Source: Octopus sinensis
Lineage: Eukaryota
DNA: 64,000 bases
Direction of reading: 5' to 3'
NCBI RefSeq assembly: GCF_006345805.1
Contig: NC_043002.1
Location: forward strand, 5,642,001 to 5,706,000
Positions 50,295 to 64,000 of the stretch are shown here, in pieces. Under the pieces are notes generated by a model that saw only the letters and a list, made by a program, of their open reading frames with translations, was not told the origin of the DNA and ran no database searches. Each line of letters starts with the position of its first letter. Position 1 is the first letter of the stretch. A program made the translations under genes and the position numbers.

Positions 50295-51089
50295 TATGGT
50301 TTGCGTCTTTGTTGCTTGACCCCCGCTGCCGCTTGACAATCGGTGTTGGTGTTTACGTCCCATGACTTAACAGTTCGGCAAAAAAAAGCCGATAGGTAAG
50401 TACTGGGGTCCATTCATTCGACTAAAAATTATTCAAGGCGGTGCCCCAGCATGGCCGCAGTGTAATGGCTAAAACAAGTAAAAGATAAAAGATAAAAGAT
50501 AATTTAGACCGTATTTTATACAATGTCTTGGGCGCGGGGAGCCCTTCGGTGGAGAACATTAAGAAGCTTAGAAAGTATACTTTAAGTTTATAAACGAGAT
50601 AAAAGCAAACCCACTTACTTCTCTTTTTTGTTTTTTCATTTATATTTGAATGCGAAAAGGCGATGAGCTGGCAGAATCGTTAACACACCAAGCAAAATGC
50701 TTAGTGGCGTTTCGTCCTTCTGAGTTCAAGTTCCTTTCGGAGTCGATAAAATAAGTACCAGTGATAACTGGAGTCGATATAAGCTTCAAAGAGCTTATTT
50801 TGTACTCATTGAAGTAAGGTACTTATCTCGAAGAGATAGTTTACGAAAATTTGTTGAACTTTTTGATTCCGCAGTGAAATTTACAAAGGATGACGATTCA
50901 CCACCGAGTAGTGAGCTACGACTGTGTAAAAAAATCACTTATTTTATTTAGCAGTCTTATATTCTTTTAAAGAATTTAAACGTCTTCAATTAAAAGGATT
51001 TTTTTCTTTATACTTTTTTATTTATCTCCACTGTATGAGTAAAGTAGCCAAGCTGATTGTATCTTTTCTCGATAGTTCTTGGCATTATA

Positions 51090-51890
51090 TATTTTCTTAA
51101 TATAGCGCATACTGTGCCTGGTGATATAGATTTATTTTTCATATATTGTAAGAGAACTTGTTGAAAAACCAGTATTGAAAAACATTGTTGTTAATCTGAA
51201 AACATTTCCAAAATGGCTGTATGTTCCACCAGCTGGTTCAACAAGAACGTACACGTAAGCTGTAGCTGCTGTTGCTGTTGCTGTTGAGCGAACGGTCTTC
51301 GTCCCAGAGTTCGCAAGAAGGGAGAAGTCCGAAACGTGGTCCTTTGCTATTCGTAAAACCCGCAGAAGAGAAAGCAGGTCAATCCCCGACACCGAGAGCA
51401 TCGACGGATGGATGAATGCGCATCCAGGCTCAGCGGTTGCGTAGGAAGTCGGGGACAAGAAACAGGAAGAAAGAGTGAGAGAAATTTGGAGCGAAAGAGT
51501 ACATCAGGGGTCGCCACCACCCCCTGCCGGAGCCTCGTGGAGCTTTAGGTGTTTTCGCTCAATAAACGCACACAACACCCGGTCTGGGAATCGAAACCGC
51601 GAGTCCGCTGCCCTAACCAGTGGGCCATTGCGCCTCCAGCTGTAGCTGTTGATGTGAAGTCCCACTTGTTGCTGAAACACAGAGTTTTCCCCAGTAAATA
51701 ACATATACCCAGAGAAAGGCAAAATAACAGATTACAAAAGAGTTACTGAGAACTACTTCAAAGGTCGCCTGCACCAATACAGCAGTTAATTCAGTCATCT
51801 CCACTCGGAAAACACAGCACTTTTAAAGCATATTTCAAGATTGAGACACAAAGGAGAGACGATGTATTACATGGGAATGGATACTTTGAG
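51090..51890 (+). pseudogene. Decayed Penelope-like GIY-YIG fragment split by a family D SINE
   Basis: After the SINE it reads YKRVTENYFKGRLHQYSS*FSHLHSENTALLKHISRLRHKG, resembling the PLE YIG.T..FK.R..H.S.F..T.LSKHIW.LK pattern. Confidence 0.55.
51269..51637 (-). mobile_element. Family D SINE with TSD
   Basis: tRNA head, ~370 bp, CAG/CAA tail; TSD agctgtagctg at 51258-51268 and 51638-51648. Confidence 0.9.
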
Positions 51891-52604
51891 AAAGCGATGG
51901 GTTTTTTTATATATATATAGAAAAGTTGATATAACTGATTGTACTCTAAGTCTTATTGAGATTACTTTACTTTAACTGACCTAAAGTGCATATGTAGGAA
52001 ACAAAATCAAAAATTCTTGTTAAACAGTCAGCTTGGTTCTTCTGGGCTTACAAACTGATTGAAATATAAATGAATGACGAATGAGCTGTGTTGATTTTAT
52101 AAAGGAATTTAATGATGGTTCCTATATTTCCCAAACGTAAATAAAATGACTTCCAGCTTGTCAGTAATAAATTGGATGATCCCACCCATATCGCATCGCT
52201 GTGTATTTCGGTTCATAGCGCAACAGTTTTAGAAAGAGGTTGACTAGGTTATTTAGACGACAAAAACTGATAGAGCACCAGAAAATATTCAATGCAATGT
52301 TTTATTATTTCTCTTTATATTCTGAACTAAAATCCTGTTGGAGATGGCGATATTGCAATGTATTGAGTTACTTCCCTTTAATTGTAATATATGTCAAGGC
52401 CGACAGGAAGCGTCGATGCTTCCTAGGGCTAAATAGCGGTGGTGTGATTCCCTTTACGGGAGTGTCACGTTAAGTTGACAGTATACAACCACTCTAATTG
52501 TAATATTGTATTATTTAACCAACCAATACTGAAAATATTCAGTGAGAGTCTAACGATGGTTATCTGACTAATTGAACCACACGTAAAGTCCTCTTTTATA
52601 TCAT

Positions 52605-52726
52605 CCTTTCGGGGTCGATAAATAAAGTACCACTTTCACACTGGGGTCGATGTAATCGACTTAATCCCTTTGTCTGTTCTTGTTTGTCCTCTCTATGTTT
52701 AACCCCTTGTGGGCAATAAAGAAATA
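52605..52726 (+). mobile_element. 5'-truncated family B SINE
   Basis: tcatcctttcggggtcgataaataaagtacc..gggcaataaagaaata, flanked by tatatcatc. Confidence 0.75.
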
Positions 52727-52929
52727 TATATCATCACGTTATCTATGTTGTTATAATATGACTTGACTTAGTATCAGATTCGGATAAACTCTTGTCACAA
52801 AAGAAAGAGTGAGCAAATACAAAGATGAGTTTTATTCTCACCTTTAATTATTTGCTGAACTTCGTTTATGCGTGGAAAAGCTCACGTGCAGGCTATTTTA
52901 AAGTGAAGTACTTTTAGAGGATAAGATCC

Positions 52930-55795
52930 CCCTAAGATGAGCCTGAAGCCACCAAAAGACCTGAGCTTTGATGAAAATTTAGATGAACAAAATTTATGAG
53001 AACAACAATAGGACTTTTATTCACTTGTCGCAGGAATTACGGGGGGAGGTGGCGAAAAATGCAGATCGCAATTTATCTCCACTTTGCAGATTCCCAAACA
53101 CAACTGTTTTAAATTTGAAAAGCCAGACGATAAAGACAAAATTATCGCTCTTAAAACGAAATTCCGAGAGTATTGTAGCCCACGAAAAAACATCACCTGT
53201 GCCCACTATATATTTTTTAGTGGAAATCAGGTACCATCGGAGAAATTTGAATCATTTCTGACATTTTGCTGAAGCTAAAGATTGTAAAATTGGAGATTTA
53301 CAGGAGAATTTAATCAGAAATAGGATCGAATGTGGAATACAATATAAGGATCCTCGAGAGAAACTGCTTCAGGATGCAAAATTGACGTTAAAAAAACATC
53401 TACAGATAAATGTAAAGACATCGAAATAATTGCTACATAAATAAAAGGTATCACTGATGACGCTTCAGTTTTAGCAATGACACAAAACAAGTATCAACAA
53501 ATGAGAATAAAATAGCAGCTTAAGAAAATCTAAAATGACGCCATACAAAGAAATAAAAAGCCAACGAAATGACTATATCAGTTCATGCGGTAAATGCGAT
53601 GTATTCAGCCACCTAAACAAGTCCCTGCCTATGGGAAACCATGTGAAAAATGTCTTAAGCAAAATCGTTTTGCCAATCTGTGCCGTTCTAAACAATCACA
53701 GTATATCCGAAATAAGCACTCGAGATAACGATTTGTTGTATCAATATTCATTTCTAGACGGTTTCACACAGGAAACGAATTCTGTAACATCCTAACTGGA
53801 CACAAGCTATCATAGAAGATAGACAGGAGCAGCATCTTCAAGCTTGATACCGCAGCACATGTAAATATTCCGATCAGTACACTACGCTCATTTTACACAG
53901 GTCCACTTCATTCAACGAATGCCTGACTGGAAAGCTACAAACAATATACTATCCTAGCAGAAGGTCAGGGTGAACTTATACGCTCAATCAATAATAAAGG
54001 CTTTCAAGATGTCGATTTGAAAGCAACGCCTATCCAGGGTAAAAATGCATGTTATAAATTAGAATTATTAAAATTGCATGAAGTAAAATTTGTAAACCTA
54101 TCACTAGATTGCTCGGATCTAAGAAAAGGCCTTAAAATGTCAACACTCAGTTAAGTGAAACTCAAATGCAACATTTGTCATACACTCTTCAGGAGGAATT
54201 CCATAAGCTATTCGCGATATAATGAAAACTGAACTTGATCGTAGGGAATATCTTGGCGTTATTGCCAAACAGCGCGTGCCTACAGCATGGATCAACTCAA
54301 GGTTCATAGTTCAAAAAGGTGACAGGATAAAGATTTGTATTGATCCAACTGAAGTCATAAAAGTTATTATGCGTGAACATTACCCAAATGTTACGGTTGA
54401 AGAAGTTGCTGCACAAATAGGCAAATCTACTAAGTTCACTAAACTAAATGCATAATCAGTTACTGACATACAGAGCTAAGCAAAGAAAGCTTAAAGTTGT
54501 GTACAATGAATACTGTGCTTGGCAGGTATCACATCCTGCATTTGCCATTTGGTTTGCACAACTCAGGAGATATAATGCAACGACCTATGGGAAAATATTC
54601 TTGAAGAAATCGATGGTTCTTACAAAGGACACAACAAGAGATTGAAGCCAGTCCTAAACCGCGTTGGTCAAACGGGATTTAAACTAACCCCTAACAAAAC
54701 AGAAATCGTCAAAGAAGAAATTTGTTACGTTGGTCACATACACGCCATGATATTAAACCAAACCCAAAGTGTGTGCTTGCAATTGTTAAGATTCCACAAC
54801 CCACAAATAAGACGTACATTGGTCCTTAGGAATGGTAGCGTATGTCATAAAATTTATTTCTAATTTATCTAACGTTGCAACACTATCACATTAGCTTACC
54901 AAAGATATCAGCGAATTTGCATGGAATGAAACACACGGGAAGAGTTTTGATATATTAAAAGCACTGATAACAAAGGCCTCAGTTCAAAAGTATGTTTGAT
55001 GTCAAGAAACCAATCATATTTTCTGTAGACATCTCAAAAGAAGGCCGAGGAGAATTCATATCCTGTCGTATATGCATCACGTGCATTAACGACAACTCAG
55101 AAAGACTTACCTGCAGCAAGAAAAGGAACTGGTAGCCATAGATTTTCAATGTAGACGCTTCCATTACAATGTGAACGGAAAGACGGTATTAACTGAAAAT
55201 GATCACAAACTATAAGTATCGATTTTTCAGAAAACTCTTTGTCTACTCTCACCACAAGTACAGAAAATGATTTTACACCTACAAAGATATGATCTCAGAA
55301 ACGATTTACTTTATCTCTTTCTCTCTCCTTCTCTCTCTTTCTCTTTATCTCCCTATCTATCTATCTATCTATCTCTCTTTCTCAGTCTCTCTTCCTTTTT
55401 CTCTGTCGTGCACACCTGGATGAAGATAATAATTCTCTCTATGAAGAATTGCTAGGTGTTAAAGTCATCAACTCACTTCCGATGTCACCAACGAAACTGG
55501 TATAGTTTCAGACAGCAACCAGCCAAATTATTAGTCTGACAGCACTGTGTCAAAGCCAAGGGTGGAATCCCCACCATCACTGAAACAATGTGGAGAGTTC
55601 TGTGATGGAATTGCATATCACGACCATCTGCTTTTCAAAAGTAACAGAACAATCGTCGCTGAGTCGCTCAGAAATGAAACAGTGAACGAGAATCACCAGT
55701 CACAGCAAGGCATTGTAAGAAGTAAGCAGAGAGCCAAAGACGCTCTGTTTTTGCCAGGCATGAATTCTCAAATTTAGGAAGCGGTTGAAAGATAT
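52930..55795 (+). pseudogene. Decayed Ty3/Gypsy LTR retrotransposon gag-pol (Mag-like)
   Basis: gag MSLKPPKDLSFDENL, EYCSPRKN, LIRNRIECGI..REKLL, zinc-knuckle remnant; protease FKLDTAAHVNI; RT PTAWINS..IKICIDP..REHYP..TVEEV; RNase H remnant; integrase HQSQQGIVRSKQRAKDALFLPGM. Domain order PR-RT-RH-IN. Confidence 0.85.
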
Positions 55796-55799
55796 ATAT

Positions 55800-56006
55800 A
55801 CATCATCACTGTTCGACCGTGGTCGAGACAATGGAATTTACTATGTTACGCCAGACTTCACAGTCCATCATAGCATTACGGAGGTCCTGTTGTTGGATGC
55901 CTGTATTCCTGGAGATTACATCAGGGTAGGAGAGTGTGCGCCCTCTGGTATCGCGAGCAGATGGCTTCCAGAGGAGAAGAGTAGAAATTACCTCGTTTTT
56001 AGCTCT

Positions 56007-56010
<4 letters not shown>
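55800..56010 (-). mobile_element. RTE-group LINE 3' end
   Basis: CCRAKNEVISTLLLWKPS..RGRTLSYPDVISRNTG..LRNAMMDCEVWR..* followed by a (TGA)n tail. Confidence 0.7.
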
Positions 56011-56056
<46 letters not shown>

Positions 56057-56922
56057 AGAAACAAGATTGTTCAATGTATCCTTCCTTCTATTAAGACGCT
56101 AGGATGTGATTTGAGGAAGAGTTGCTACTATTTCTAGTTGAACACCCACCTACTAGCTCCTCCATCAGCTCGCGACCATTCTGAGAATAGCTATTAACCA
56201 GAATATTTTTGCCATTAGCTAGTATCTTCTTATCAAAGCATATCTGTTTTGGGGAGGGAAACTTTCGTCTGATCTTTTCATTTAGCATCAAAACTAATGT
56301 CAGCGCCATGTTGCTGAGATATGACGAGCCTAAATGGGCGTCGTTACACACTCGCTCGAATAGCTAGAAATAGCAATCTAACCTCTCTCAAATCACACTT
56401 TTCTGTCTTAAAAAACAAGAGGGTATATTGTATAATGTAGACGCAGATAGCTTACGTCTGATAAGACTGGCCTGAACGTAAACAAAAATGACAGAAACAA
56501 TCTGTGATGTGATGTGCGCGTATAAATAGCGGTTTGTTACACAGATCTTGCTTCTCAGTTATCTCCAAAAGATAGCTAGAATTTCTTTAAACAAACATGT
56601 TTGCATTATTTTTTGGATTAAAGACAGAATTGTTAAAACGCCGGATTAAGTGCTTATTAGTATTATATAGTTGTATCGTCCCTTTACTTTCTGTTTTCAA
56701 ATTCTGCAGGGTTCGATTTTTATCTTTCATCGTTCAAGGATTGGCAATGAAATTGAAATAAAGGATGGTCTTATGAGTAAAAATTTTATTTCGTAACCAC
56801 GTTGTTCTGCGTTCGATCTTATTGCGCGGTACCTTTGGCAAATATCTACTACTATAGATTCATGCCAATAAATACTTTATGACTGGAATTTGGCAGACAA
56901 AAACTGTGCGAAAAGCGTGACG

Positions 56923-56962
56923 CGTCTGATGAGAATCCAATAAAATCCGAAATTCAATTATG
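56923..56962 (+). ncRNA. Possible decayed hammerhead
   Basis: cgt-CTGATGA-gaat..atcc-GAAAT-TCA-ATT-atg; stems are weak. Confidence 0.3.
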
Positions 56963-57019
56963 TTTGTTCATTTTTTTAAAATCTACGGATCTACAGAAAA
57001 ATAGCTAAATTACCCTGTG

Positions 57020-57053
<34 letters not shown>

Positions 57054-57063
57054 CATATGTACA

Positions 57064-57223
<160 letters not shown>

Positions 57224-57926
57224 CGAGTGTGATATTCTCTTCGTACACAGAAAGATAAATTGGCTTGCCGTGTTTAGTGGCTGATTGGCAACTCTTCGGG
57301 GAGTAAATGATCTTCATTCTTCTGTCTTCAATACACCTTCATATCGAACACTATTTAAATCAGTCGCGTACTAATATCGTGCTTAAATAGCTAAACTTAC
57401 TTGTTTATTGTTTATTTGTACCTCGTCTGGCATCGCGATTAAATTCTTGAAAATTTTATGCACAAGCAGAATTAGAAAATCTGTAGATATACGTCGCTTT
57501 CTAATGACCACACTGTGGGAAGCAAACATAAATAAATACATGTCGTTATTTTCTTCGCACATAGAAAAACACGACTGCCGCGTCAAAATGTCTCCTGTTA
57601 ACAGTTGCGTAATCCAGAGTTCGCCCATTTAGCCTCGCCAATCTTTCCAGTTTTGTTCACTTTACATAAACTCACCGAGGTACAGTGCCTTCCTATCCAC
57701 CTTCACATTCGTCTACATCTTTAAATAGTACTTTAAAAAATCGACGATGATTTTGCCAGACAAAAATATCTGTCATCAACTCTTTTAACTTTGTCCACCA
57801 TACAACTAACTTCGCCATAGTGACCAAGCAGAGGAAAACTTACAATCGACCGACCTTACAAAAATGAAGTTAGTTTTTACGATAGATTCGGCTAATATCC
57901 GATTCATCCTACACATTGTAGCAGCT

Positions 57927-58290
57927 GTTGCTGTTGAGCGAACGGTCTTCGTCCCAGAGCTCGCAAGATGGGAGAAGTCCGAAACGTGGTCCTTTGCTAT
58001 TCGTAAGACCCGCAGAAGAGAAAGCAGGTCAACCCCCGACACCGAGAGCATCGACGGATGGATGAATGCGCATCCAGGCTCAGCGGTTGCGTAGGAAGTC
58101 GGGAACAAGAAACAGGAAGAAAGAGTGAGAGAAAGTTGGGCGAAAGAGTACAACAGGGGTCGCCACCACCCCCTGCCAGAACCTCGTGGTTTCGCTCAAT
58201 AAACACACACAACGCCCGGTCTGGGATTCGAAACCGCGATCCTCTGACCGCGAGTCCGCTGCCCTAACCACTGGGCCATTGCGCCTCCGC
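57927..58290 (-). mobile_element. Family D SINE with TSD
   Basis: TSD tgtagcagct at 57917-57926 and 58291-58300. Confidence 0.9.
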
Positions 58291-59483
58291 TGTAGCAGCT
58301 ATTCAACACAAGGCCACAAGTTGGCAATTCGCAGACATTGAACGAATGCATGCAGACTGTGTTTGAAGAGTTTGTTCTGAACAAACGCTATTCCATTGCA
58401 ATGCAAGTAGAGTAAGAACTTTTGGTGGTTTCTATAACTCCTAACTTAAAAGTCCTTCAAAAGATACTACTTTACCTGACCCCTCTAATACCCAGAACCG
58501 TTCCTAAACCGTCATCACACACACCCTCCATTAACTTTTCATAGAATGCTAATGTTGATGTTCTATAGACTGCATTTCCCTGCTGATTAAATGCAGCGAC
58601 CGCCTGGCACCATTCCAGATGTCAAACATCCAATCTCGACCAGGACATCAGCTGGATCAAAGAGACAATTTCCCGTAATTGACATCTAGACGAGACAGTT
58701 CCAGCACCAAAGGTAATGAGAATACTGATCATAGTTGATTGATTGCAAAAATATATTCCTATCGTCAAGAATAGAAGCAAATTGTCTTTCGCTCTTTACA
58801 TCTCATATTTCAGTTTTTGTATTTCGACTGAAACGTATTGATCTTTATTTAATGTGTTCAGTTTTAAGCCTCATCTTCGTCGCTTCTTTATATAGATTTA
58901 ATTTATGCCTGTCTTTCGCCCATTGATTTGTGTATGAAACAAAACTAGCTTAAAGTCAGAGGTGTGTGTGTGAGATGGGAAGAGGGTGAGGGAAAGAGTG
59001 AGTGCGCGCACTTGCGAAGCGTGAATCAGTGAGTGAGGGCGGTAGAAAGAAGGGAAGGGGAGCTAAGGATAAGTGAGACAGAAATGCCAGACAGATTAAC
59101 CGATACAAGAAAACGGCGATGTTTCTCTTGTCTGCTCGACCAAAGAACCATGACAAGCTTCTTCGGGTTTGCCAGACTTGAATACGTCACTCACCACAAG
59201 TGAGAGGTCAAGAAAGCAACATCCTATTTCTGTACAGAGCTGGTCGATGACAATTTTTGCTAGACAGCCAATCCGTTTATATCCACATGAGGATATCCAA
59301 ATGGGTGTATTACTAAGGAGTTCTTGCCTCAGCTTTCCAGATTAAAATAAAATTAAAAAAACCTATGCATTTGATGACTAAATGAAAATTGTCATAGGCC
59401 CAGGCATGTCTTCTACTGTAGCCTCGAACCGAACGAAGTCGTGTGAGTAGATTTGGTAGACGGAAATTGAAAGAAGCAATAAC

Positions 59484-59855
59484 TCTGAGCACCTTTTCAA
59501 ACTCCACCCGTCTAACACCCGTGGACATGTTTACAAAGTCAGAAAACAGCACAGCTCCTTCCATGACTTTCGGAAACATTTTTTCACGCTAAGAGTTGCT
59601 GAAGCATGGAACAAACTGCCGGCATCAGTTGTTAGTTGTCGGCGCACTGCATCCTTCAAAACTTCCATGCTTTCTGAGATTTGCCAACACTACACCTGAT
59701 TTTCTCCCCTCCATACACACGCAAGCATGTATCTGACTCATACACTGTTCGCTTTCCAGACATTTGTACATTACTGCATATACTTTATACGCACTTTTGA
59801 CAAGTTGTGGTGCACCTGAGCACTGTATACAATAACTTCATTATTATTATTATTA
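59484..59855 (+). mobile_element. CR1-clade LINE 3' end (second family), (ATT)n tail
   Basis: EHLFKLHPSNTRGHVYKV..RKHFFTLRVAEAWNKLPASVV..FKTSM. Confidence 0.8.
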
Positions 59856-59962
59856 TGTTATATATATAAAATTAAAAATAAGCAGGAAATGGAGAAAACT
59901 TTTAATGAACAAGCAAATTGACTACCATCGTTTAAATATTTTTTGATACAAAGCTTGAACAT

Positions 59963-60078
59963 AGCCTACGGCTGTTTCTCCTACCAATGTCATCGGTGCT
60001 GCCCAAAAAACATTATGAGAATAATATTCGTCATCTTTATAGCACATCCGATCTGGTACATGGCGCTTCGTCAGAGTG
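59963..60078 (-). ncRNA. Possible decayed hammerhead
   Basis: Minus strand CTGACGA...GAAAC-AGCC-GTA with partial stem II (ccatgt/acattgg). Confidence 0.35.
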
Positions 60079-60820
60079 AATACAAATGCATAAAATAAAA
60101 CAAGAGAAGAAGGAAGAGGCCAGAACAGGGCCTCGAGATGAGGAAAGAACGCTTAATAAATTAGAATCAGACCATTTTGCAATATGAAGCTTGAAGTCGA
60201 TGAATAAACTAGCAAATAAACTAGAAAAATAATTGGTGGGTTAATCTTTCTTTAGGGGTACCAGGGTGTATAAATAATAAGAAAATAAAACTAGTACTTA
60301 AGTATAACAGGGTTCGCCAATAAGTCTAGAAAAAGAATAGTGTTTATGGTTTCGTAAATAGAGCTAATGAATATTTATCCAAAAACGATACCCGTAAGTG
60401 GTAATAATAGTACAATTACTGAAGTGTTCTAAGGACCAACCTCCTGTTTTCCGTAATGGATTTGACCAAAGTCTAGCTATCTCAATAATTGGTCAGTTAA
60501 ATTTTAAATCAAGGGCAATCTAAAACTGTTATAGGGCAGATGATAAAAAGTGTGGAGGAGTCGTCTATGTCGTAAGTGGCGTAAGGCCGCTTGTGTTAAT
60601 TTAAAGCATCCCAACATAAATACGGGCGGCCGAACGATAGCAAGTAACTAACAGTTGAGGGGAGACTACCGTCAGGGGAGGTGGTTACTCGTGCACTTAC
60701 CTTCAATTATAATGCTGAATCAAACATCTTAAATAGCCAACATAGTTCCGAGTGGTAGTCATACTTCACGAACAAGTAAATGTCTAAATGTTCCTGGGTA
60801 CATTCTCTGCCTATTAGACA

Positions 60821-60853
<33 letters not shown>

Positions 60854-61072
60854 GTGCGTGTGTGTGTGTTTGTCCACCATCACTGGCTGATAACTGGTGT
60901 TGGTTTGTTTACGTCCCCATTACTTAACGATTCGGCAAAAAGAACCCGATAGAGTAAGTACCAGGCTTTAAAAAAATATAAGTACTGGAGTCGAATCATT
61001 CGACTAAATGTTCTTCAAAGTTGTGCTCCAGCATGGCCGCAGTGTAATGCCCGAAACAGATAAAAGATATAT

Positions 61073-61305
61073 ATTTTTTTACTACCCACAAGGGGCTGAA
61101 CACAGAGGGGACAAACAAGGACAGACAAACGGATTATGTCGATTATATCGACCTCCAGTGCGTAACTGGTACTTAATTTATCGATCCTGAAAGGATGAAA
61201 GACAAAGTCGACCTCGGCTGAATTTGAACTCAGAAGGTAACGGCAGACGAAATACGGCTACGCATTTCACCCGGCGTGCTAACGTTTCTGCCAGCTCGCC
61301 GCCCT
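61073..61305 (-). mobile_element. Family B SINE inserted in a family C tail, 20-bp TSD
   Basis: TSD ccgaaacagataaaagatat at 61051-61070 and 61306-61325. Confidence 0.9.
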
Positions 61306-61329
61306 CCGAAACAGATAAAAGATATTGCC

Positions 61330-61440
61330 TGTATTTGGTAGGACACTTTTCCCAGGTGTTATTCAGAACGGCCTTTAACATGCAGGTGTACGCGCCATCG
61401 AGTTTTACTTCCAGGTGTTTGGTGTGTACCCAAGAGATTG
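61330..61440 (-). pseudogene. RTE-group RT C-terminal fragment
   Basis: TKHLEVKLDGAYTCMLKAVLNNTWEKCPTK. Confidence 0.55.
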
Positions 61441-61640
61441 ATCGATACAATAGTACTGATTAGAAGTATTTATTTCTGGCCCTCTGTTCGAAGATCAAAT
61501 TCTACCAAAGCTAACTTAATAGTTCATTCTTCTGGGGGTCGATAAATAACGGAATTGCCAGAGCCTTGAAGTATTTATTTCAGCTCATTGCTCTCTGAGT
61601 TCAAATCCTACCGTCGCCTATTTGGGTGGTAAACTTAGTT

Positions 61641-61870
61641 ATTTCTTTACTACCCACAAGGGGCTAAACACAGAGGGGACAAACAAGGACAAACAAACCG
61701 ATTAAGTCGATTACATCGACTCCAGTGCGTAACTGGTACTTAATTCATTGACCCCGAAAGGATGAAAGGTAAAGTCGACCTCGGCGGAATTTGAACTCAG
61801 AACGTAATGCCTGATGAAATACGGCTACGCATTTCGCCCGGCGTGCTAACATTTCTGCCAGCTCGCCACC
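61641..61870 (-). mobile_element. Family B SINE, 19-bp TSD
   Basis: TSD tttgggtggtaaacttagt at 61621-61639 and 61871-61889. Confidence 0.9.
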
Positions 61871-62130
61871 TTTGGGTGGTAAACTTAGTGGTAAACCATT
61901 GGCCAGTTTAACCCATCACCTAACCCTTAGCTTCCTTCAGTAGGGTCCACTCTGTCGCAGCCATTTAGTCCAAATCACATCAGGTCACAGATTTGAGGAT
62001 GCCTGCCTCCCTGCTTTTCAGAAAGCCTCAAAAGTCCCATAAAAACTCATAGGTGCTGACCAAGTGATAAAACGCAATGCTCGAACGAGGCTAGAATTTG
62101 AACTTGAAACAACGGCAACAACAACAAAGA

Positions 62131-62520
62131 CTGCTGCTGCTGCTGTTGCTGTTGAGCGAAGCGGTCTTCGTCCCAGAGCTCGCAAGATGTTAGAAGTCCG
62201 AAACGTGGTCCTAAGCTATTCGTAAGACCCGCAGAAGAGAAAGCAGGTCAACCCCCGACACCGAGAACATCAACGGATGGATGAATGCGCATCCAGGCTC
62301 AGCGGTTGCGTAGGAAGTCGGGGACCAGAAACAGGAAGAAAGAGTGAGAGAAAGTTGGGGCGAAAGAGTACAACAGGGGTCGCCACCACCCCCTGCCGGA
62401 GTCTCTTGGAGCTTTAGGTGTTTTCGCTCAATAAACACACAGAACGCCCGGTCTGGGAATCGAAACCGCGACCCTCCGACCGCGAGTCCGCTGCCCTAAC
62501 CACTGGGCCATTGTGCCTCC
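62131..62520 (-). mobile_element. Family D SINE in a (CTG)n tract
   Basis: Near-identical to 51269-51637 and 57927-58290. Confidence 0.9.
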
Positions 62521-63551
62521 ACCGCTGCTGCTGCTGCAGCTGCTTCTGCTGCTACTATAGCTACTACTATTATCTAAAAGTGAACTTGGAAATGTAGGAA
62601 TATAGGCGTAAACTGTGGCTTTTAGTTCAGATATCAACTAACGTTATCCATTTAAGTAATGAAAACATTGGATTCTCTCCAAACACATTAGACTACATAA
62701 CATCGCTGTCTAATATTTGATTCAGTTCAATGGCTACGAACCTGACTTAGTAGAAATAACAGCAAACTTCCCTCAAATCACAAAACTTATTCTCTTCCAT
62801 CGGCAGCCATTGTGCACAGCCCAAATTTTGAAAGTGGAGTTGTGAAAATTTTGCAACATGCACAAACAGAGCTGACTGCAGATGAAGTGGCTGTTCTACG
62901 TCAGCTGAACCCTGCTCACGGGTTTTAAGTGCTTAGTGAAAAAAAAAAAATGGCCAAATCGTTTCGGACTGGGGTGGTGAGGGGGTGGCGAAGTGAAAAA
63001 ATATTAAAGAAAATTTTTTTCTTTTTTTTTCGTGAAAAGATGCCTCCCCTTATTCTGAAGACTTTGGTGAAAATCATTGGAAAAAATTTGTCTTATGTGG
63101 GCTGTCTGATCCGAAATTCCGTTTTTCAGAAACTCCACTCTCCGCCTCCTTCCAAAAATTTTGCCTAAAAATTTCTTTGTAATCGTAATCTACACCGTTT
63201 AAAAGGTATTCGTATAAAATTTCATTAAAAGATACCTATTTTCCAGAAATTTTATGAGTGGGGAACATGTCGGCTTCAGTGAATTTTCTTAAATTCCTCT
63301 CCGCAACCCCTCGGAAAATTATTTTCCAACAAGTCTTCACATACACTTAATCTGCAGGATATAATCCATTATTTGGTGGAAGTTTCGTTAAAAAGTATCC
63401 GTTTTTCTGGAAGTTATGAGGCAACAAAGTCGGTGGCGTATTAAACTATAGTTATGCCATTTTCAATAAAAGTTGACGTTAATGTCGTGTCTGGGGAGAG
63501 TCATTCTCTTTTAGTGCCTTACAATTTAACACTCACCTGTAAAATTCCCAC

Positions 63552-63674
63552 TTAACGTTAACTTCCGTTACATTTTCAAAAAATTAACGGATTAACGATT
63601 AACAAAGTTAACTTTTTGGTTAACGGATTAACAATTAACGAAGTTAACTTTTCGATTAACGGTGCCCACCTCTG
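63552..63674. mobile_element. hAT-like transposon end with subterminal TTAAC(G) repeats
   Basis: Many ttaac motifs ending in gtgcccacctctg (TIR cagaggtgggcac on the minus strand). Confidence 0.55.
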
Positions 63675-64000
63675 CCTACTATATTATATTACGAGACAAC
63701 AGATGGAGTCACTATTCGTTTTTCGACCTGCAAGAAATAGCAATACGATATATTTCATATCACACATTGCCACATTCGATATTATTGTCCTAGGTGTTAA
63801 AAGCCGATGTTGTCACGGTTGGAACACTTTTCATCATCGGTGCGCTCTATTACGGCTGACTTTGAGCCTAAAAAGAAAACTAACGTGTTATGCATGAAAA
63901 ATGATCCAGTGAGATAGCTTAGATTGTGGTCATTAGTCCTGCTGGAAATATCAGCCAAATCCACCTCAAATTAAGCCCAACCTTTAAAAACCGAAGGATG

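Noticed and set aside
57250-58720. Possible decayed transposase around the family D SINE
   Set aside because: No frame gave a motif I could assign.
59185-59310. Possible minus-strand exon ending at a GTGAGT donor
   Set aside because: No recognisable protein or clear acceptor; RNA-seq would be needed.

Overview
AT-rich, microsatellite-saturated eukaryotic genomic DNA with one 100-N gap. The SINE repertoire and (TA)n/(CATA)n/(CA)n load suggest an octopod cephalopod; this is an inference. I found no convincing host protein-coding exon, and almost all listed ORFs are microsatellite artefacts. The window is a transposon graveyard. It holds four tRNA-headed SINE families (called A-D here), CR1/L2-group and RTE LINE fragments, a decayed Hero-type RLE retrotransposon ending in a 4 x 121-bp array, a decayed Gypsy element, mariner/Tc1/Tigger/hAT remnants and four Penelope-like (PLE, GIY-YIG) fragments. 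The main signal not shown by the ORF track is about a dozen sequence-unrelated type I hammerhead ribozyme (HHR) motifs read directly from the sequence. Most have a minimal, self-complementary stem III, and many sit in insertions with an inverted 5' duplication. Two are physically linked to PLE endonuclease ends. Others lie in ORF-less units, notably a 436-nt direct-repeat unit with an intact GUC HHR at 17000-17077. These look like a diverse set of PLE-mobilised, retrozyme-like elements. HHRs in PLEs and retrozymes are established classes; whether these particular families are described is untested here.
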